DNA of 63,576 nt, filler included, from Folioceros fuciformis (GCA_049999805.1; 9 parts of 9 records of this genome joined end to end with filler, not necessarily neighbours in it), one strand, 5' to 3'. Numbered from the whole stretch's first letter, positions 47,789-60,721 are shown. Notes: generated by a model from the letters alone, not told the origin. Translations and numbers: made by a program.

Positions 47789-50330
47789 ATGGCGGCTGTG
47801 CACTTTGGAGTTGTGCTACCTGGTGCGGGATTGAGCTGCTCGTCGTGTGTGCCCACCAGCAGGGAGGGTGCTCGCTGGGCTCCTGCTGTGCGTGTGCAGC
47901 ACTCTCTGGCACCGTGCTGTCTGCAGATGCGGTCCGTGATGTCTAGGAATTCGTTGTCCAGGAAGGGCGTGGGTGAGTGTGGAGCCAGTCTTGGTGTTGG
48001 ATGGGAGCACTGCTTTTGTGGGCACTGTCTCTGAAATTTCCTTGTTATCACTGGCCAGTGCGGGCAGTATCTCAGTCTGCGAACGACGGGCCCGGGATCG
48101 CCACTGCTTCCTCTAAGGACGAGGATTCCAAGGTTTGAGTTTCATCCCAATTGTATATGGCGAGAAATGGTGCCGCATGGTGGTGAATTTCTGATGTTTG
48201 GTGTCGGGGTGTTCGGGATCTTTTGCGCAGGATGATGTCAAGGGGAAGACTGAAGAGTACAGCGCAGCAATGCAGCACGCTATGGGAGGGCCACGTACGT
48301 CCAGTCTCAACTCTTCCGATTCGTGTGCTTTGCTGGCTCTTGATGGTTATCTCACATGTGCACCATCTATCCCTGATCTCTGTGCAGCACTGACATATAG
48401 ACACGAGTTGGGCATGAATTATGCTTATGTTCTACCCGACCTGATTGTGGGGTCTTGCCTACAAGTACGTCTGTCGTCTGTTGAATAGGTGGATGTGCGA
48501 TGTTATGCCCTCATCTTGGGGACAAGTCTCCGTGTTGAGAGTGGTTTGAGGCAAGCTGAGCGCATACTTTGTGGGTGCAGAACCCTGCTGATGCAGACAA
48601 ATTGCATAAGGAGGGAGTAAGTACAGTCTTTTGCCTGCAGCAGGATCCAGATCTTGCGTATCCTTCACAATGTGTTTGTCCATGCCAGGCGGTGTGTGTG
48701 ATGCATCTTCGCACTGATAGCCTTGTCTGTCAAATGGTCACGGTTATCTCCCCATGTTATTGGCTGACTTCCTGAGCACACAGCAGATACTTCAGTGTTG
48801 ATATTGGTGCCATTCAGAATCACATCAAAGGGCTTCCTGGAATGGAGCATGTGCGAGCGCCCATCAGGTAGTGATGGGTCTTGGTAACAGTCTACGACGC
48901 ACTCTGGATTTGTAGAAAGAGGATGTGTTAGCTTCCGGTTTTCGCACCTTGAATTCCACTTGATTGTGCGGTCAAGCGTATGTCTGAATCCAAGAAACTG
49001 TGTGCAGGGACTTTGATCCGTTTGATTTACGTATGCGGCTGCCAATCGCAGTCGCAAAATTGCATGCGGCCAAAAAGAGGGGGAAGGGAGCAGCGTACGT
49101 GCACTGTACAGCGGGGCTGGGTAGGGCTCCTGCTACAGCAGTGAGTATTAGTGAAACATGTGTTTCCCAGTCAAGCATTCATTGTCTTGGGGCTCACAGG
49201 ACTGAAAACTTGCTGGTTTGTGGTTCTGTTAGATGGCTTACATGTACTGGGTCCGTGGAATCCCTCTCAATGAAGCGAACATGATGCTTCAGGTGAGCTG
49301 CTGAAGGAAAGGTTGGCTTTGAGATCTGCTTTTATGTGTACTGACGACGATACCGTCGTGATGAACGTTGTAGAAAGTTCGGAGATGCTATCCCAAGCTG
49401 GAGGCCATCAGGAGTGCCACTTGTGATTTGGTAAGGAGTCCCCTTGTGGTTGCCTTAGTTGATACCCTGCTGATGCTGGCTTGTCCGACGGCAACTGCAG
49501 AAAGTTTCTGTGTAGAAGTTGGATATCAGCTGTAAGGACGGCCAAGGTCTGGCAAAAGCTTGGTACTGCCACTAAGGGCAAGACTCCCAGTTCGGGGTGA
49601 TGTAGGAGAATTGTCCATGTCCTTGAGCATGCTGTCACTAGTATCATCGTGTGGGGTCCTGACACTTGGTTGCCATGACCAGCTCACAGATGGTGAAAAG
49701 GAATCAGTGACTCTAACCTGGAGAAGGGGAATCTGCCAGACTGTAGAGATCTCAGGGCTTGACGTAGGCTGGGGTCAGGTAAGAAAACTAGCGAGCCGCA
49801 TGTCAGACGCTTGTGACGCGTCGGTCGCTTCTCACTTCCCAGCAGCCGTGCTAACCTCGGCCTCGGTTTTCCCCAGCGCCTTAAGTTCAACTACAACATG
49901 CAGCAAGGTGTATGGGAGCTCACGCGACACTTGCCCGTGAGTGATCCATCGCCTAGTAATGAAAGGAGTTTGAAATTGCCAACGTCTGATCCCTGGCGTT
50001 CTTTTGTTCTTCAGGTGGGAAGATACGAATACAAATACATCGTCGATGGACGATGGACATACAACCCTGATGCCCTCACTGTGACCAACAACGAGGGCAA
50101 CACAAACAACTACGTAGAGGTATCACTCTTCCCACACCACCTTGTCCACGACATGAGCACATGCTTGAGGCACCATCCTGACCACCTCATCTGCGGGCCA
50201 TCAGGTCATCGGAGCGGGTGGAGAGAATTGGAAGCTGAGGCAACGGCTGATGAAGGAGGACGCTGTCCTCACCGCAGAGGACCGCAAGAAACTGCTGGCA
50301 AAGCTAGAAGCCCTTGCTGACGCGGAATAG
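47789..50330 (+). CDS. SEX4: Phosphoglucan phosphatase SEX4/DSP4 (plastid; dual-specificity phosphatase + CBM48)
   Basis: Transit-like N-terminus; [20 protein letters not shown]...[31 protein letters not shown]; active site [15 protein letters not shown]48 [12 protein letters not shown]...[13 protein letters not shown]...NNYVE; C-terminal helix ending at TAG 50330. Confidence 0.96.
48658..48786 (+). other. U12-type (minor spliceosome) GT-AG intron in SEX4
   Basis: The donor GTATCCTT matches the U12 consensus exactly. A branch-like TTCCTGAG lies ~10-18 nt before the AG, with no polypyrimidine tract. Splicing restores DPDLA-YFSVD in frame. Confidence 0.75.
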
Positions 50331-51603
50331 CAATAACTTCTTACCTTTGAACGCCTCGCTTCTAGCTATGGTTTGCAATTGTAAAATTATTGTAGTCTAC
50401 CTGACTGTCGAAGTCCTGCTTTCGCTCGACAAGGAAAGGCCCTGGAGACGTGTGCGAAGCTTTTTGTGTACCAGGGTTATGCGCTCTGACTCATCTCATC
50501 TCTGTACATCCATCCTTTCTACACTGCTTCAAAACCCCACGAAGGACTGCAGACAAGAACAGGCTCCCAAGATCCCTGGCGAGAGTCTGTTCGTCCATCA
50601 ATGCCTTTCATTTTCGTTGCAAGAACTCCTGTCTCCCCACGCCGCGGCCACATCCATATCTTGAGCGGCAAGACTGCACTGAATTGCCGGCGTCTAATCC
50701 GGCGATGGATTCCCATTCCGTCTATCCCTGGCAGCAGGACGGCCGACGTGTAATGGTCAGTGGGAGGGTTGGAAGCCGTCACATCGTGGTTGGAAGGCAG
50801 CAACGAAGGGATGGCTTGTGCCCAGGCAAATTTGATTTCGTGGCAGTGCACGGATAGCATAAGCTGGTTTTTGAATGCAACCGATAAGCGGAGATACAAA
50901 GTTTTATTGCCTTCACGGCCGAATCCGGCCGAATATCTACCGCCCACATTTACCACAGTGTACAGCTCGTCGTCACCATGACAGCGACGGGTCCGTCTGC
51001 TACTTCCCTTCCTCTCGCAAATCAGCTCACACACCTTCTCGCCTTTGGTGCTCTCCCCCGCTCTGCTCTGCCTGCTGCCCTCCCGATCGAGGTATGCTGC
51101 TGCCTAGGTTGCTGCATTTGCTTCCTTCTCCTTGCTCGCACTGCATGCATTGTCGAGACTCCAGCTGCACGATGTCTTAAATCACGTACTTTCTGAGACT
51201 GTCACATCGCTGGGCAGCTGGCTACCATAGCGGTGATGTTGATGGGTGGAAGTTGAAAGCTGGAGGGAAGTAAGGATGTGAATGTGCTGATGCTGCTTGT
51301 AAGTCTGCAGGTGAGGTCGGCCTCAGGATCCCGACTTGCTGTCGCACGGTTATGCTTGCCTGCTGTGTCGTTTGCCTGAAGAACGAATATACAGTGAGAG
51401 TGCGGGAGAGAGTCCGGGGAGGGGCACTGGCATTTTGTTGAACAAGGGGAGCGCACTAGAAGAACCAATGGCGACCCCTGCATGCTCATGGCGTTACGCA
51501 GTGCGCGGAGATTGAAGTGAGAAAGAGGTTGTGTTGCGAAGAGCTCAACTTGTACGAGGCTCTTTTGAGGTCGTCGGAAGAAGGTGGTTGCAGCTGTTGC
51601 AGC

Positions 51604-52576
51604 ATGATGACATCGTCCTCGACCATCATACATGCTTCCGCTCAGGAGCAGCCAGTGCACGGAGAGGGTTCGGGATCCGCTCTGTTTGGTCGCAGATCTG
51701 ACGACCAGGTTGACACAAGGATGCCGGTAGTGGCGATGAAGGAGGAGCACGAAGAGTGTGCACTCGGGCATGGTGAGGGCGGGGACCGGGGGCGGGGACG
51801 GAGGGAGGAGCAGACTGACTGTGACCTGATCTTCGGCGGCCCGCGCCGAGCCCAAGCGGAGGACACCAAGGTCGAGGGCAGTCCTTTGGCAGACCATGCG
51901 GCTGGGAGCAACAGGAGCCTGCTTCAGGCTTCTTTCCAGCCCGACCCCTCCCAGATGATCAAGCGTCCAACCTGGCTCGCCAATGCCGTCCTGCGACTGC
52001 AGACGCAGCAAGCTTCAGCTGCAGGGAATGGGACAGGAGGTGAGGCCCGCGACCTTTGTTATTTAATTCTTTCTCACTGCTCACGCGTTGTCCAGTTGCT
52101 CGCGCTCCAGGTAATGCTGTCGTTCTTGTGTGCTGGCGGCTGGATGTTGAAGCAGAATCACATATGGGTTCAGATGGTGGCCAGGAAAATGGAAGCTACG
52201 GCGCGCACTGGCTTTCGATGCCCCTCGGTAGGACTTCCCCGCTTCAACTGTCTTTATATACGTACCTTCCTCGTTCTTCATTTTTGCCTTGCTGAGGCCG
52301 TTCTTGTCGATGCAGCTCACTACGAGAATGGAAACAATGACGGTACGTCGCCTCCTCAAGGGGGGAGCCTGATGCAGCCGGGGTTCAAAAACGCTTCCAT
52401 GTACAATGGATCAAGCTTGAGGACTCAGTATGACAGTGGTGAGAATGGTTATAGGCAAGGACAAGGAGGAGACGAAAATGGCGGTAATTTGCAATCTTGT
52501 ATCTGCCTGTGGACCTGTTTATCAGCCTGTTCTACCCTTGCAGCTGTAGCTTAAGACATGATCGTGCAGTCGGAGA
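51604..52576 (+). CDS. 5' portion of a probable class II KNOX (TALE homeobox) gene, truncated by the gap
   Basis: Exon ending GGAG|GTGAG at 52039 and exon 52316-52483 splice in frame. The protein contains PTWLANAVLR, similar to the P(N/T)WLNxA(I/L)LR N-terminal motif of class II KNOX proteins. MEINOX and homeodomain are not visible before the gap. Confidence 0.45.
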
Positions 52577-53116
52577 NNNNNNNNNNNNNNNNNNNNNNNN
52601 NNNNNNNNNNNNNNNNNNNNTTAATTAATTAANNNNNNNNNNNNNNNNNNNNNNNNNNNNNNNNNNNNNNNNNNNNCGACCCTTACGCCCTGCGCCGTCT
52701 GTCCCGTCGTCCTGGCGCTTTCGCCTTCCTCAGCCACTTTACGCTTCACGTTACTCCCGCTCCCCACGCTTCCGGATACTGGACAAAGCTCCTCTTATTC
52801 TAGGGTTTTTATACCCTACCTGCTTTCTCCGCCCATCGGGCTACCACCAGTCGTTCATCCGGCGACGGTTGCCCTGCCGGCTACCGTCGCCCCGTCGTCT
52901 CGGCCCTAACTTTGGCCTACCTGAATGTTCTCAAGGACTCGAGGGTCAGGGAGGCACTCGCTGCTTCCTCCTTCCTCCTTGTCCCGATCTCCAGTACACC
53001 CCCAAACCCCGAAGCCCAAGGTGGACTTTGGGTATAAACACCCTGGTCTTACTCGCTTACTAAGCCGATTCGCCTGTCCCTTCACAAAAAGAATCACAAC
53101 CTGCTCATTCCGTCGC

Positions 53117-54327
53117 TCAAAATGGGGATTCCAAAAGTTTTTTTCGTTCACAATCCATCAAGTTGAATCTTGCAAGAAGCTGATCTACGTAGTGCTCCTG
53201 ATGGATGAAGAAGGAGTGCTCGACTGGGTTTCTGTCGAATTGCACTCCGAGTGTGTACCGTAGTATCCCCATGTCGGCTACCTCATATTCTTTTGTGAGC
53301 AAGTGCTTCGCGTGCTGGATTATCTGCGGGTCGGTCCCGAAGATAAAATTGTCGTCCACATATAAGGTGACGATCACGTACTTATTGCTGTTGATTCTTA
53401 ACATGTACACACTTGTGTCGGCTGTGAAGGGTGTAAACCCACACTTCTTGAGGTAAGAATCCACCGTTTCGTTCCAGACCTGTGCTGATTGTTTAAGGCC
53501 GTAGATTGACTTAAGTAGCTTGCAAACCTTTCGCTGATCCTGCACAAATCTAGGTGGCTGAAGCATATATATGTCTTCATGCAGTGTCCCATACAGGAAA
53601 GCCATTTTGATATCGAGCTGGTGGATATCGAGCTTATGTTGTGCGGCAAATGCCAAGAGAACTCTGATGGATGTTGCCTTTACCAGTGGGCTAAACAACT
53701 TAGTTTCCTCATAGTCGAAACCTGGGATTTGGGTAAATCCCCGGGCTACGAGCCTGGCCTTATACTGTGACACGCTTCCATCTGGGTTGAGCTTTCTCCG
53801 AAAAGTCCACTTACAAGAAATTGGCTTTCTGCCCTGTGGTAAGTCAGTAAGGATCCAGGTTTTATTTGAAAGAAGTGAGTCGTATTCAGATTGTACCGCT
53901 ACTTTCCATTCGGGTATGTTGAGAGCTTCCTCAATTGTTGTAGGTACTCCTTGCATTTCAATAGCTGATAAGGCTTGATGCATGGGGAGGTGTGCCTAAT
54001 CGACTGGTGTCGGTGCATCTGAAGGTAGGGATGCACTGGGAGAGGAGATCCTACTGACCAATGTGTCTCCTGGAGTATAGGGTGGATCCGACCACTCGGT
54101 CTTGGGAGGTCTATGCCTGGAAGAGCGTCTTAAAGTCTGTACATCTGGTAAGTGAGGAGGTTCAAAACCTACAGGTTGATTAGAATTTACCTCTCGTACT
54201 GCTAATGGAGGTAATGTGAGGGCCTCTTGATCTTGGAAGGAGGATGACTGATCGGAGGAGTAAGTATCGTCATCGTGTGCGCCCCCCTCAAGATCAAGAG
54301 GGGGATAACCATGAAGACCAGGTTTGG
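53117..54327 (-). mobile_element. Ty1/copia retrotransposon fragment (post-integrase linker + RT), truncated before RNase H
   Basis: LRRSSR linker; [47 protein letters not shown] and LYVDD. The ORF breaks into unrelated sequence at ~53150. Confidence 0.93.
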
Positions 54328-54427
54328 NNNNNNNNNNNNNNNNNNNNNNNNNNNNNNNNNNNNNNNNNNNNTTAATTAATTAANNNNNNNNNNNNNNNNN
54401 NNNNNNNNNNNNNNNNNNNNNNNNNNN

Positions 54428-55984
54428 GCCGCCAATTGCCCACCTGCAGCCACGTCGCTGCTGGCCCGGCCGTCCTCGAAGGCCCTACCAGGCCGCCTCC
54501 AGCCGCAATCAATCAGCCAACCTGGCTAGCCTCCTAGCCTCCTGGTGGCCACCTCGCCGATTCGGCCAGGCTTTCCCCTGCCAGGACTCTTTCAACCGGC
54601 CGCCATCCGACCAGCCCGCCAGCCCCGAGCACCCAGCCTGGCCGCCTGCACCCCAGCTGGCCGGCTCCCGCAAGCAGACCGCCCATCTGGTCGACCAACC
54701 TGCCTGCCGGCCTGGTACACCCATAGATCCAGAGCCGCCGCCTGGCTTGGATCCGGTGCTCCCGTGTCCCTGGCTGCCTGCTTGCTCCGCAACTGCCGGG
54801 TCGTCTGGCTAGGCCCTTCAGCAACCCTCTCCCAGTCGGCGGTTCTCCTGGCAACTGTAGCCATCAGCACCCCGCCCGGCCGACCATGCCCCGCCTGGCT
54901 CCTACGTCCCCACAGGCCGCAAACCAGCCTCTTGCCTTCCGGATCTGGTAGGCAGCCAGCTTGTCGATCCGACACTCCCTCTGGCCAGGACTTCCCCCAA
55001 CCCGCTGGTTGCCTGGTCAGATATACCCTCTGGCCAAAACCACACACCACCCTATCCCTACTGCCACTTTGAGGCTGCCTTCCTGTAGTGGCTGGCGGCC
55101 TACAGCCAGGCCAGGCTGTCTGCTTGCAGCCAGACCAAGCTGCCCGTCTGCAGCCGATACTGGGCTGCTTACTTGCAGCCGTCTGGCAGGATCCGTGCCG
55201 CCACCTACCTGCTAGACCCCGCCAGAACTTCAGCCGGGCCCCGGCCTGCTACACAGCGCCGCCGCTTGCCCGACCTGCCGCCTGCCATGGTCCGGCCGAC
55301 CCGCCACCCGCTCACCATGACCCTGGCCAGCAGCCCTGATCGCGGTCACTAGCGCTGACTTTGCCTTCAGACATCCGACGGGGTCCACACCGCCTCCTCT
55401 TCCATCTTTAGCAAGCCGTACAGCATGGCCAGCCGAACAGCCGGCCCGTCGCTAGTTCGGCTACCCTCCTGGCTGCCTGCTAGCATCCTAGCCGGTCCCC
55501 ATGCTGCCGACAGGCCGCCGGCTGGCCATAATCCAGCTAGCCGGCCAGACTGCTCAAGCCCTTGCAGCCCGCCTCCGCCTCCAACCTTCAGCCTTGACCA
55601 GCCGGCCGTTGCTGGCTCCAAGCCTTTGCTAGGTAGCCAGCCTGCTGGTCGCCTGCTGCTTGGCCGCGGCCCAGCCAGCCTTCCCACGAGACCCAGCCTG
55701 CCTAGCCCGACAGCTTGCCCCCGCCGGCCTCCCTCCTATTCCCTGCCTCGAGCCACCTTGCAGTCACCCCGGCCTGTTGGATCCAGCTGAGGCTTGCAGC
55801 CGCCGATCACCCGGCCTGTCGAAATCCACCATAGTAGCAGGTCGACCCACCTGCCAACCAGGATCCAGCCAAGCCTGGCCCTAATCCTGGCTTGTCCAGC
55901 TACCTGCTCTCAGGATCCTCAACCCTCAGCGCACTTGGGCAAGGCCATGGCAAGTCTAAGCACCCCACCCCCATGCCTATGCCC
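54428..55984. repeat. Very C/GC-rich, low-complexity contig rich in CCAGCC/GCCGCC/CCTGC motifs (possibly retroelement internal non-coding region)
   Basis: Strong strand C skew, recurring short motifs, no convincing ORF, and flanked by TE contigs. Confidence 0.45.
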
Positions 55985-56480
55985 NNNNNNNNNNNNNNNN
56001 NNNNNNNNNNNNNNNNNNNNNNNNNNNNTTAATTAATTAANNNNNNNNNNNNNNNNNNNNNNNNNNNNNNNNNNNNNNNNNNNNGAAGGATACCCACAGC
56101 TGTGAACGGCAACCAAAGGAGAAGAAAACACGGGCAAAGAGAGCAGCTCCGCCGACTGAGGAGAGGAATCTAGGGTATCTCAGCTGGACGCCGTTAAGGG
56201 TGGAGCAGCTAATCAAATTCGTTCGGTGGGAAGGCAGGTGGTCGGCAGAGGTCGTTATAGCCAGAGTCAGGCGCGCCGAAGATGTCTGTGTGCGCTGCTG
56301 CAGAGTGATTTGATCAGGTCAGATAAGCTTCATCCACCTGCAGAGCTGCATGACTGTAAAGACGGGCAGGACTGACTGAAAAAACTGTGTGCGCAGAGAA
56401 CCCTTGTCTGGAGGAAGGGAGGCTTGCAACTAATTTATCTGTTGGTCAGGGAACTCAGGTTCCCAGATAAGGTCTCTGAC

Positions 56481-58362
56481 TCATAGGGTGCCTGGTGCAA
56501 AATAAGCAGCATAGTCTTGCAGGCCGAGTCCCGTCATGTGAGCGTAGTGCTTGAACTTGGGTAGGGGCTTGGTAAAGATGTCAGCAGTGTTGAGATCGGT
56601 ATCAACGTAACCAACTTTAACCACTCCCCGTGCAGCTGCGTCTCGGATGTAATGGTGTTGTATTTCAATATGTTTGGTACGAGCGTGGTACCGTGGATTG
56701 GCTACAAGGGCAAGAGCACCGGTGTTATCACATAAGAGGAGGGTAGGCTCTGGCTGAGGGTGGCCAAGGTCATACAAGAATTGGCGTGCCCACTTTGCCT
56801 CTTTGGAAGCCTCTGTAAGGGATTTATATTCCGCTTCTGTCGAAGATAGAGCGATAGAAGTTTGTTTCTTACAACTCCAGCTCACAGAGGCATTTTCCAA
56901 CAGAAAACAGTAAGTAGACAGGCTGCGGCGGCCATCACTGTCCGAACCCCAGTCAGCGTCTGTAAAGCCAGAAATTTGAAAGTTGCCTGTGTCACTGCGC
57001 TTGTAAAATAACCCGTACCTGTGGGTTCCCTGCAGATATCGGAAGATACGCTTCACAGCTACCCAGTGTGGATGTCCAGGGTTTTCCATAAATTGGGAAG
57101 CTGTGCTGACGGCGTACTGGATATCAGGGCAAGTCCAGTTAGCCACAAAGAGAAGACTACCGACTGCATGCCGGTAGGGCACATCTGCCATGTCTTGTTT
57201 AGCTTCAGTAGAGGTGGGACACTGGGCAACTGTCAACTTAACGCCTACAGCTGATGGGGTGACTGCTGGACAAGCCTGATCCATTTTAAACTTGTGCAGG
57301 ATCTCACAAATATATTTGTGTTGATGGATAATCAGAAGGCCCTCCTCACGAACTCGAAGGATTTGAATGCCCAGACAAAACTTCAGATCACCAATATCCT
57401 TCATTTCGAATTTGTCACTAAGCATCTGTTTGACCTCGGCTAACAGGGGTTTGCTGTTTGTGACCAGGATGACATCATCTACGTACAGTGCAATCACAAC
57501 AAAAGAAGAACCTCTGACCAACCTGTAGACGTTAGTTTCTGCAGCACTTTGGACAAAGGACAGTCCCAGCAGGTAAACATGGATCGTAAAGTACTAGACC
57601 CTGCCAGACTGTTTAAGTCCGTAAATGCATTTAAGTAATTTCAGAACCTGAAGAGGATGCTGCTTACTGACATAACCTTCTGGCTTTTGCATGTACAATT
57701 CTTCATCCAAGGAGCCATAAAGATATGCTATGCAGACATCCATCTGCCACAGCTCCAAGTCGAATTGTGCAGCCAAAGCCAAAAGCATGCGTATGGACTG
57801 AGCTCGGACTACAGGAGAAAATGTCTCCTGATAATCCAGGCCCTCCACCTAAGTAAATCCTCGGGCCACTAATCTGGCCTTGTAACGAACAATCTTGCCT
57901 TGAGCATTCAACTTGTGTTTGAAGACCCATTTGCAAGAAATGGGCTTGCGTCCAAGCGGCAGATCGACGAGAGTCCAGGTCTTATTTTTGATTAATGACT
58001 AATACTCGTCTTCTACCGCAGCATGCCAGTGCTGGCTATCAGGTCCATTATATGCCTCAGACAAAGTACGTGGCTCATCAGGGATGTCGGAGGGGGCAGT
58101 ATGTACCGTCGTTGCAGCAGCTGCTCTATTTCTGAAGTCGATGGACTGATACCTCGGTTCAGCCCATTGCTCAGGGGTTGGCCGGTGACGTCCAAAGCGT
58201 CGAGGGGCCACCTCTTCAGAAACCACTGGGACAAGTGGAGCCAGGTCCTCCAGCGGATGTTCAGCATCTGTTGAGTCTGAACTTTGCTCATTAATGGTGA
58301 AATCATCCGAAAGAGCCACAGAAGCCTGGGAATGGGCAGGCGAGACAGGGTCCTTGTCATGC
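56481..58362 (-). mobile_element. Decayed Ty1/copia pol (RT-RNase H) with in-frame stops
   Basis: EPRTLSEA, EGLDYQETFSPV, KCIYGLKQS, LYVDD; RNase H GFTDADWGSD..RRS, SSTEAEY, TKHIEIQHHYIRD, ADIFTKPL. Stops at ~57999, ~57850 and ~57594. Confidence 0.95.
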
Positions 58363-59886
58363 TGTTGCTGTATGGGAAACAGAGCACCTAAGACTCTATG
58401 ACTGGATACTGACTAGAGCATCCTGGGCATAAGCCCTGAATGCTGAAATGACTAGATACTGACTGGAGCATCTCGGGCATAAGCCCTGATGCTGAAGTGC
58501 TTGATGATGTCATGTACATGGCCCATGGATGGCCTGCACATGACATGTATGCCATATATGCATGTGTGCCATGTATGCATGCATATGGAGATGAAGGATG
58601 ACATGTGATGTATGTGGACATGTGGCAGGTGATGTGTCATGGCGCATGCAACCTATATGCATGGTTGTGCATGAAAGGTGCGGTGCTATGCCGCATATAT
58701 AGATAGCAGATTTATATTAGAAGATATTAGAAAATACATAAAAATCATAAATCAAGGAAAGTAGGATTATAAAGTGCCCACCATCGATACGGGTGGACAC
58801 TTCATCGAGAACTCCTGGGGGTTTTTGCCTATATATGTAGGCACCCAGCCATGGATTCTCGGATTGTTGATGTTTGTCTTGTTCCAATAGACAGCCATAC
58901 TTCGTCCCTGCTGTGTCTTTGTCTCCTAGAGGTTCTTGTGGTTCGTTGCATTGCCAGGTTGGGAGAATTTTCCAGCTTGATTTCACCACATCAACAATCC
59001 GCTTGTTGGGGACTAAGATACGGTACTGGAGGAGACTGTGGCGCGCTGGAGATTGGATGAAGAGGCGGAAATCGTCCACCATCCAACCCAGGAGACAGCT
59101 GCGATCCGAGAAGGTTGGGTGTTGCAGAGGCAGCACTAAGAGATAGGCTGATGTTTTTCTGATGGACAGGAATTCTGCCATTGATTATACACGGCTTAGG
59201 TGTGGTAGTCTCACGATTGCTGAGTTAGCAGAGCTGTCGGGAGAAGAGCCTGCATACGTCTGGAGTCGTTTGTGGATAGAGGCAGTGGATGTACTTTTCT
59301 GGCTAGCTGATTGGGCTAACGGTGGAAACAATTTGCCCTTTGACAACATCCGTGCAGTGGTCAGGCATAGGAGAAGTAACCATTGATGGTGTTCCTGAGA
59401 TTAGGGTGGACTGACGAAAGGACACCTGCGCCGTCTTCAGTCGGAGAAGTGCACGACGGCTACTACTCGCCATTCAAGAGGACACCGGAACAATACAGAG
59501 ACAACGCGCCAGTCACAAGGAGACAGTTTGGCGATTGGAGCGGAGAGTCTGCAAGAATGGAGCTTGAGTTCACACCAAGTAAGAACGATGTCTTCACAGG
59601 AAAACATGGAAGCATGTCTCTTGCAGATTTCGAGGATAAGTTTCGTTGGGCAATGGCGGAAAACAAGATGAAATACAAGGACGAGTTCACTCAGAGGATG
59701 GCGTTCATGAAGATGTCATCCTACCTTGCGGGTGAGGCTCTAATGTATTACAGAGATGAGAAGGCTGGGATCCTGAAGGTGGCCGAGAGAAGAGAAGCAG
59801 TGTACGAGGCGGCCAAGAGGGCTGGTTCGACTGCACCCCCTACTGACGAGGACAAGCTCGAGCATCTGGTGGACTTGATGTTCGCC
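58363..59886 (+). mobile_element. Ty3/gypsy-type element 5' end: ~634-bp LTR (58363-58996) followed by a gag-like ORF, nested in the copia
   Basis: Termini TGTTG...CAACA (5-bp inverted repeat), internal ~48-bp direct repeat and TATA-like CCTATATAT. The copia frame (HDKDPVSPAHSQASVALSDD) runs exactly up to 58362. Downstream ORF FTGKHGSMSLADFEDKF...YLAGEALMYY resembles retrotransposon gag. Confidence 0.7.
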
Positions 59887-59986
59887 NNNNNNNNNNNNNN
59901 NNNNNNNNNNNNNNNNNNNNNNNNNNNNNNTTAATTAATTAANNNNNNNNNNNNNNNNNNNNNNNNNNNNNNNNNNNNNNNNNNNN

Positions 59987-60721
59987 GGTAGTGAAGATGC
60001 ATCTGTCGTGGGATATACGGATGCTGATTATGTAGGGGATATGGACAAAAGGAGGTCCACATCTGGTTATGTCTTCATGTGCACTGGAGGGGCAGTCTCA
60101 TGGCGATCGCGTTTGCAATCGTGCATAATTCTATCTACTATAGAGGCTAAGTATGTTGCAGCGACTGAGGCATGCAAGGAAGCCATGTGGCTTGCTCGTT
60201 TAGTGGGAGATTTGAGGATCAAGGTTGAGCTGCCAGTGTTGCATTGTGTTAGCCAGAGTGCTATCCAATTGGCAAAGAATCCAGTGTTTCATGCGAAGAC
60301 CAAACATGTGGAAGTGAAGTATCACTTCATTCGAGAGGTGTTGGAAGACAAGAGGGTACAACTTGTCAAAGTTCACACCAGTCAGAACCCTGCAGATGTT
60401 CTTACCAAGGGGCTCTCTTCGGAGCAATTCGCACAAGCTCGGACACTCATGGCATGAGGTAGGCCACTCTCCTATGAAGGTAAATTGGCCTTTAAGGGGG
60501 AGGTTGTAGGGTTATTAAAGCCCAATGTGCTTAGACTAATGTGTTTAGTCTAAGATTAGTGTCTAGTTAAGTATCATTAGTTTAGTTTAGCTTAAGCTAA
60601 TCTGTAGGAAGCTTCTTGTGCAGCTTCCTGTGGGCTTCTTGTGAAGCTTCCTAGGGAGCTCTTCTAGAGGGTATAAATACCCCCTTGAGCTCCCTTGTAT
60701 TGTGTGACTCTATTGTGAGGG
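59987..60721 (+). mobile_element. Ty1/copia 3' end: RNase H, polypurine tract and start of the 3' LTR
   Basis: GYTDADYVGDMDKRRSTSGYVF, GAVSWRS, KTKHVEVKYHFIRE, NPADVLTK (stop 60457). PPT AAGGGGGAGG at 60494-60503, LTR start TGTAGG at 60505, TATAAATA at 60672. Confidence 0.92.

Noticed and set aside
51202-52011. 269-aa minus-strand ORF
   Set aside because: Overlaps the better-supported plus-strand spliced gene and has no recognisable motifs.
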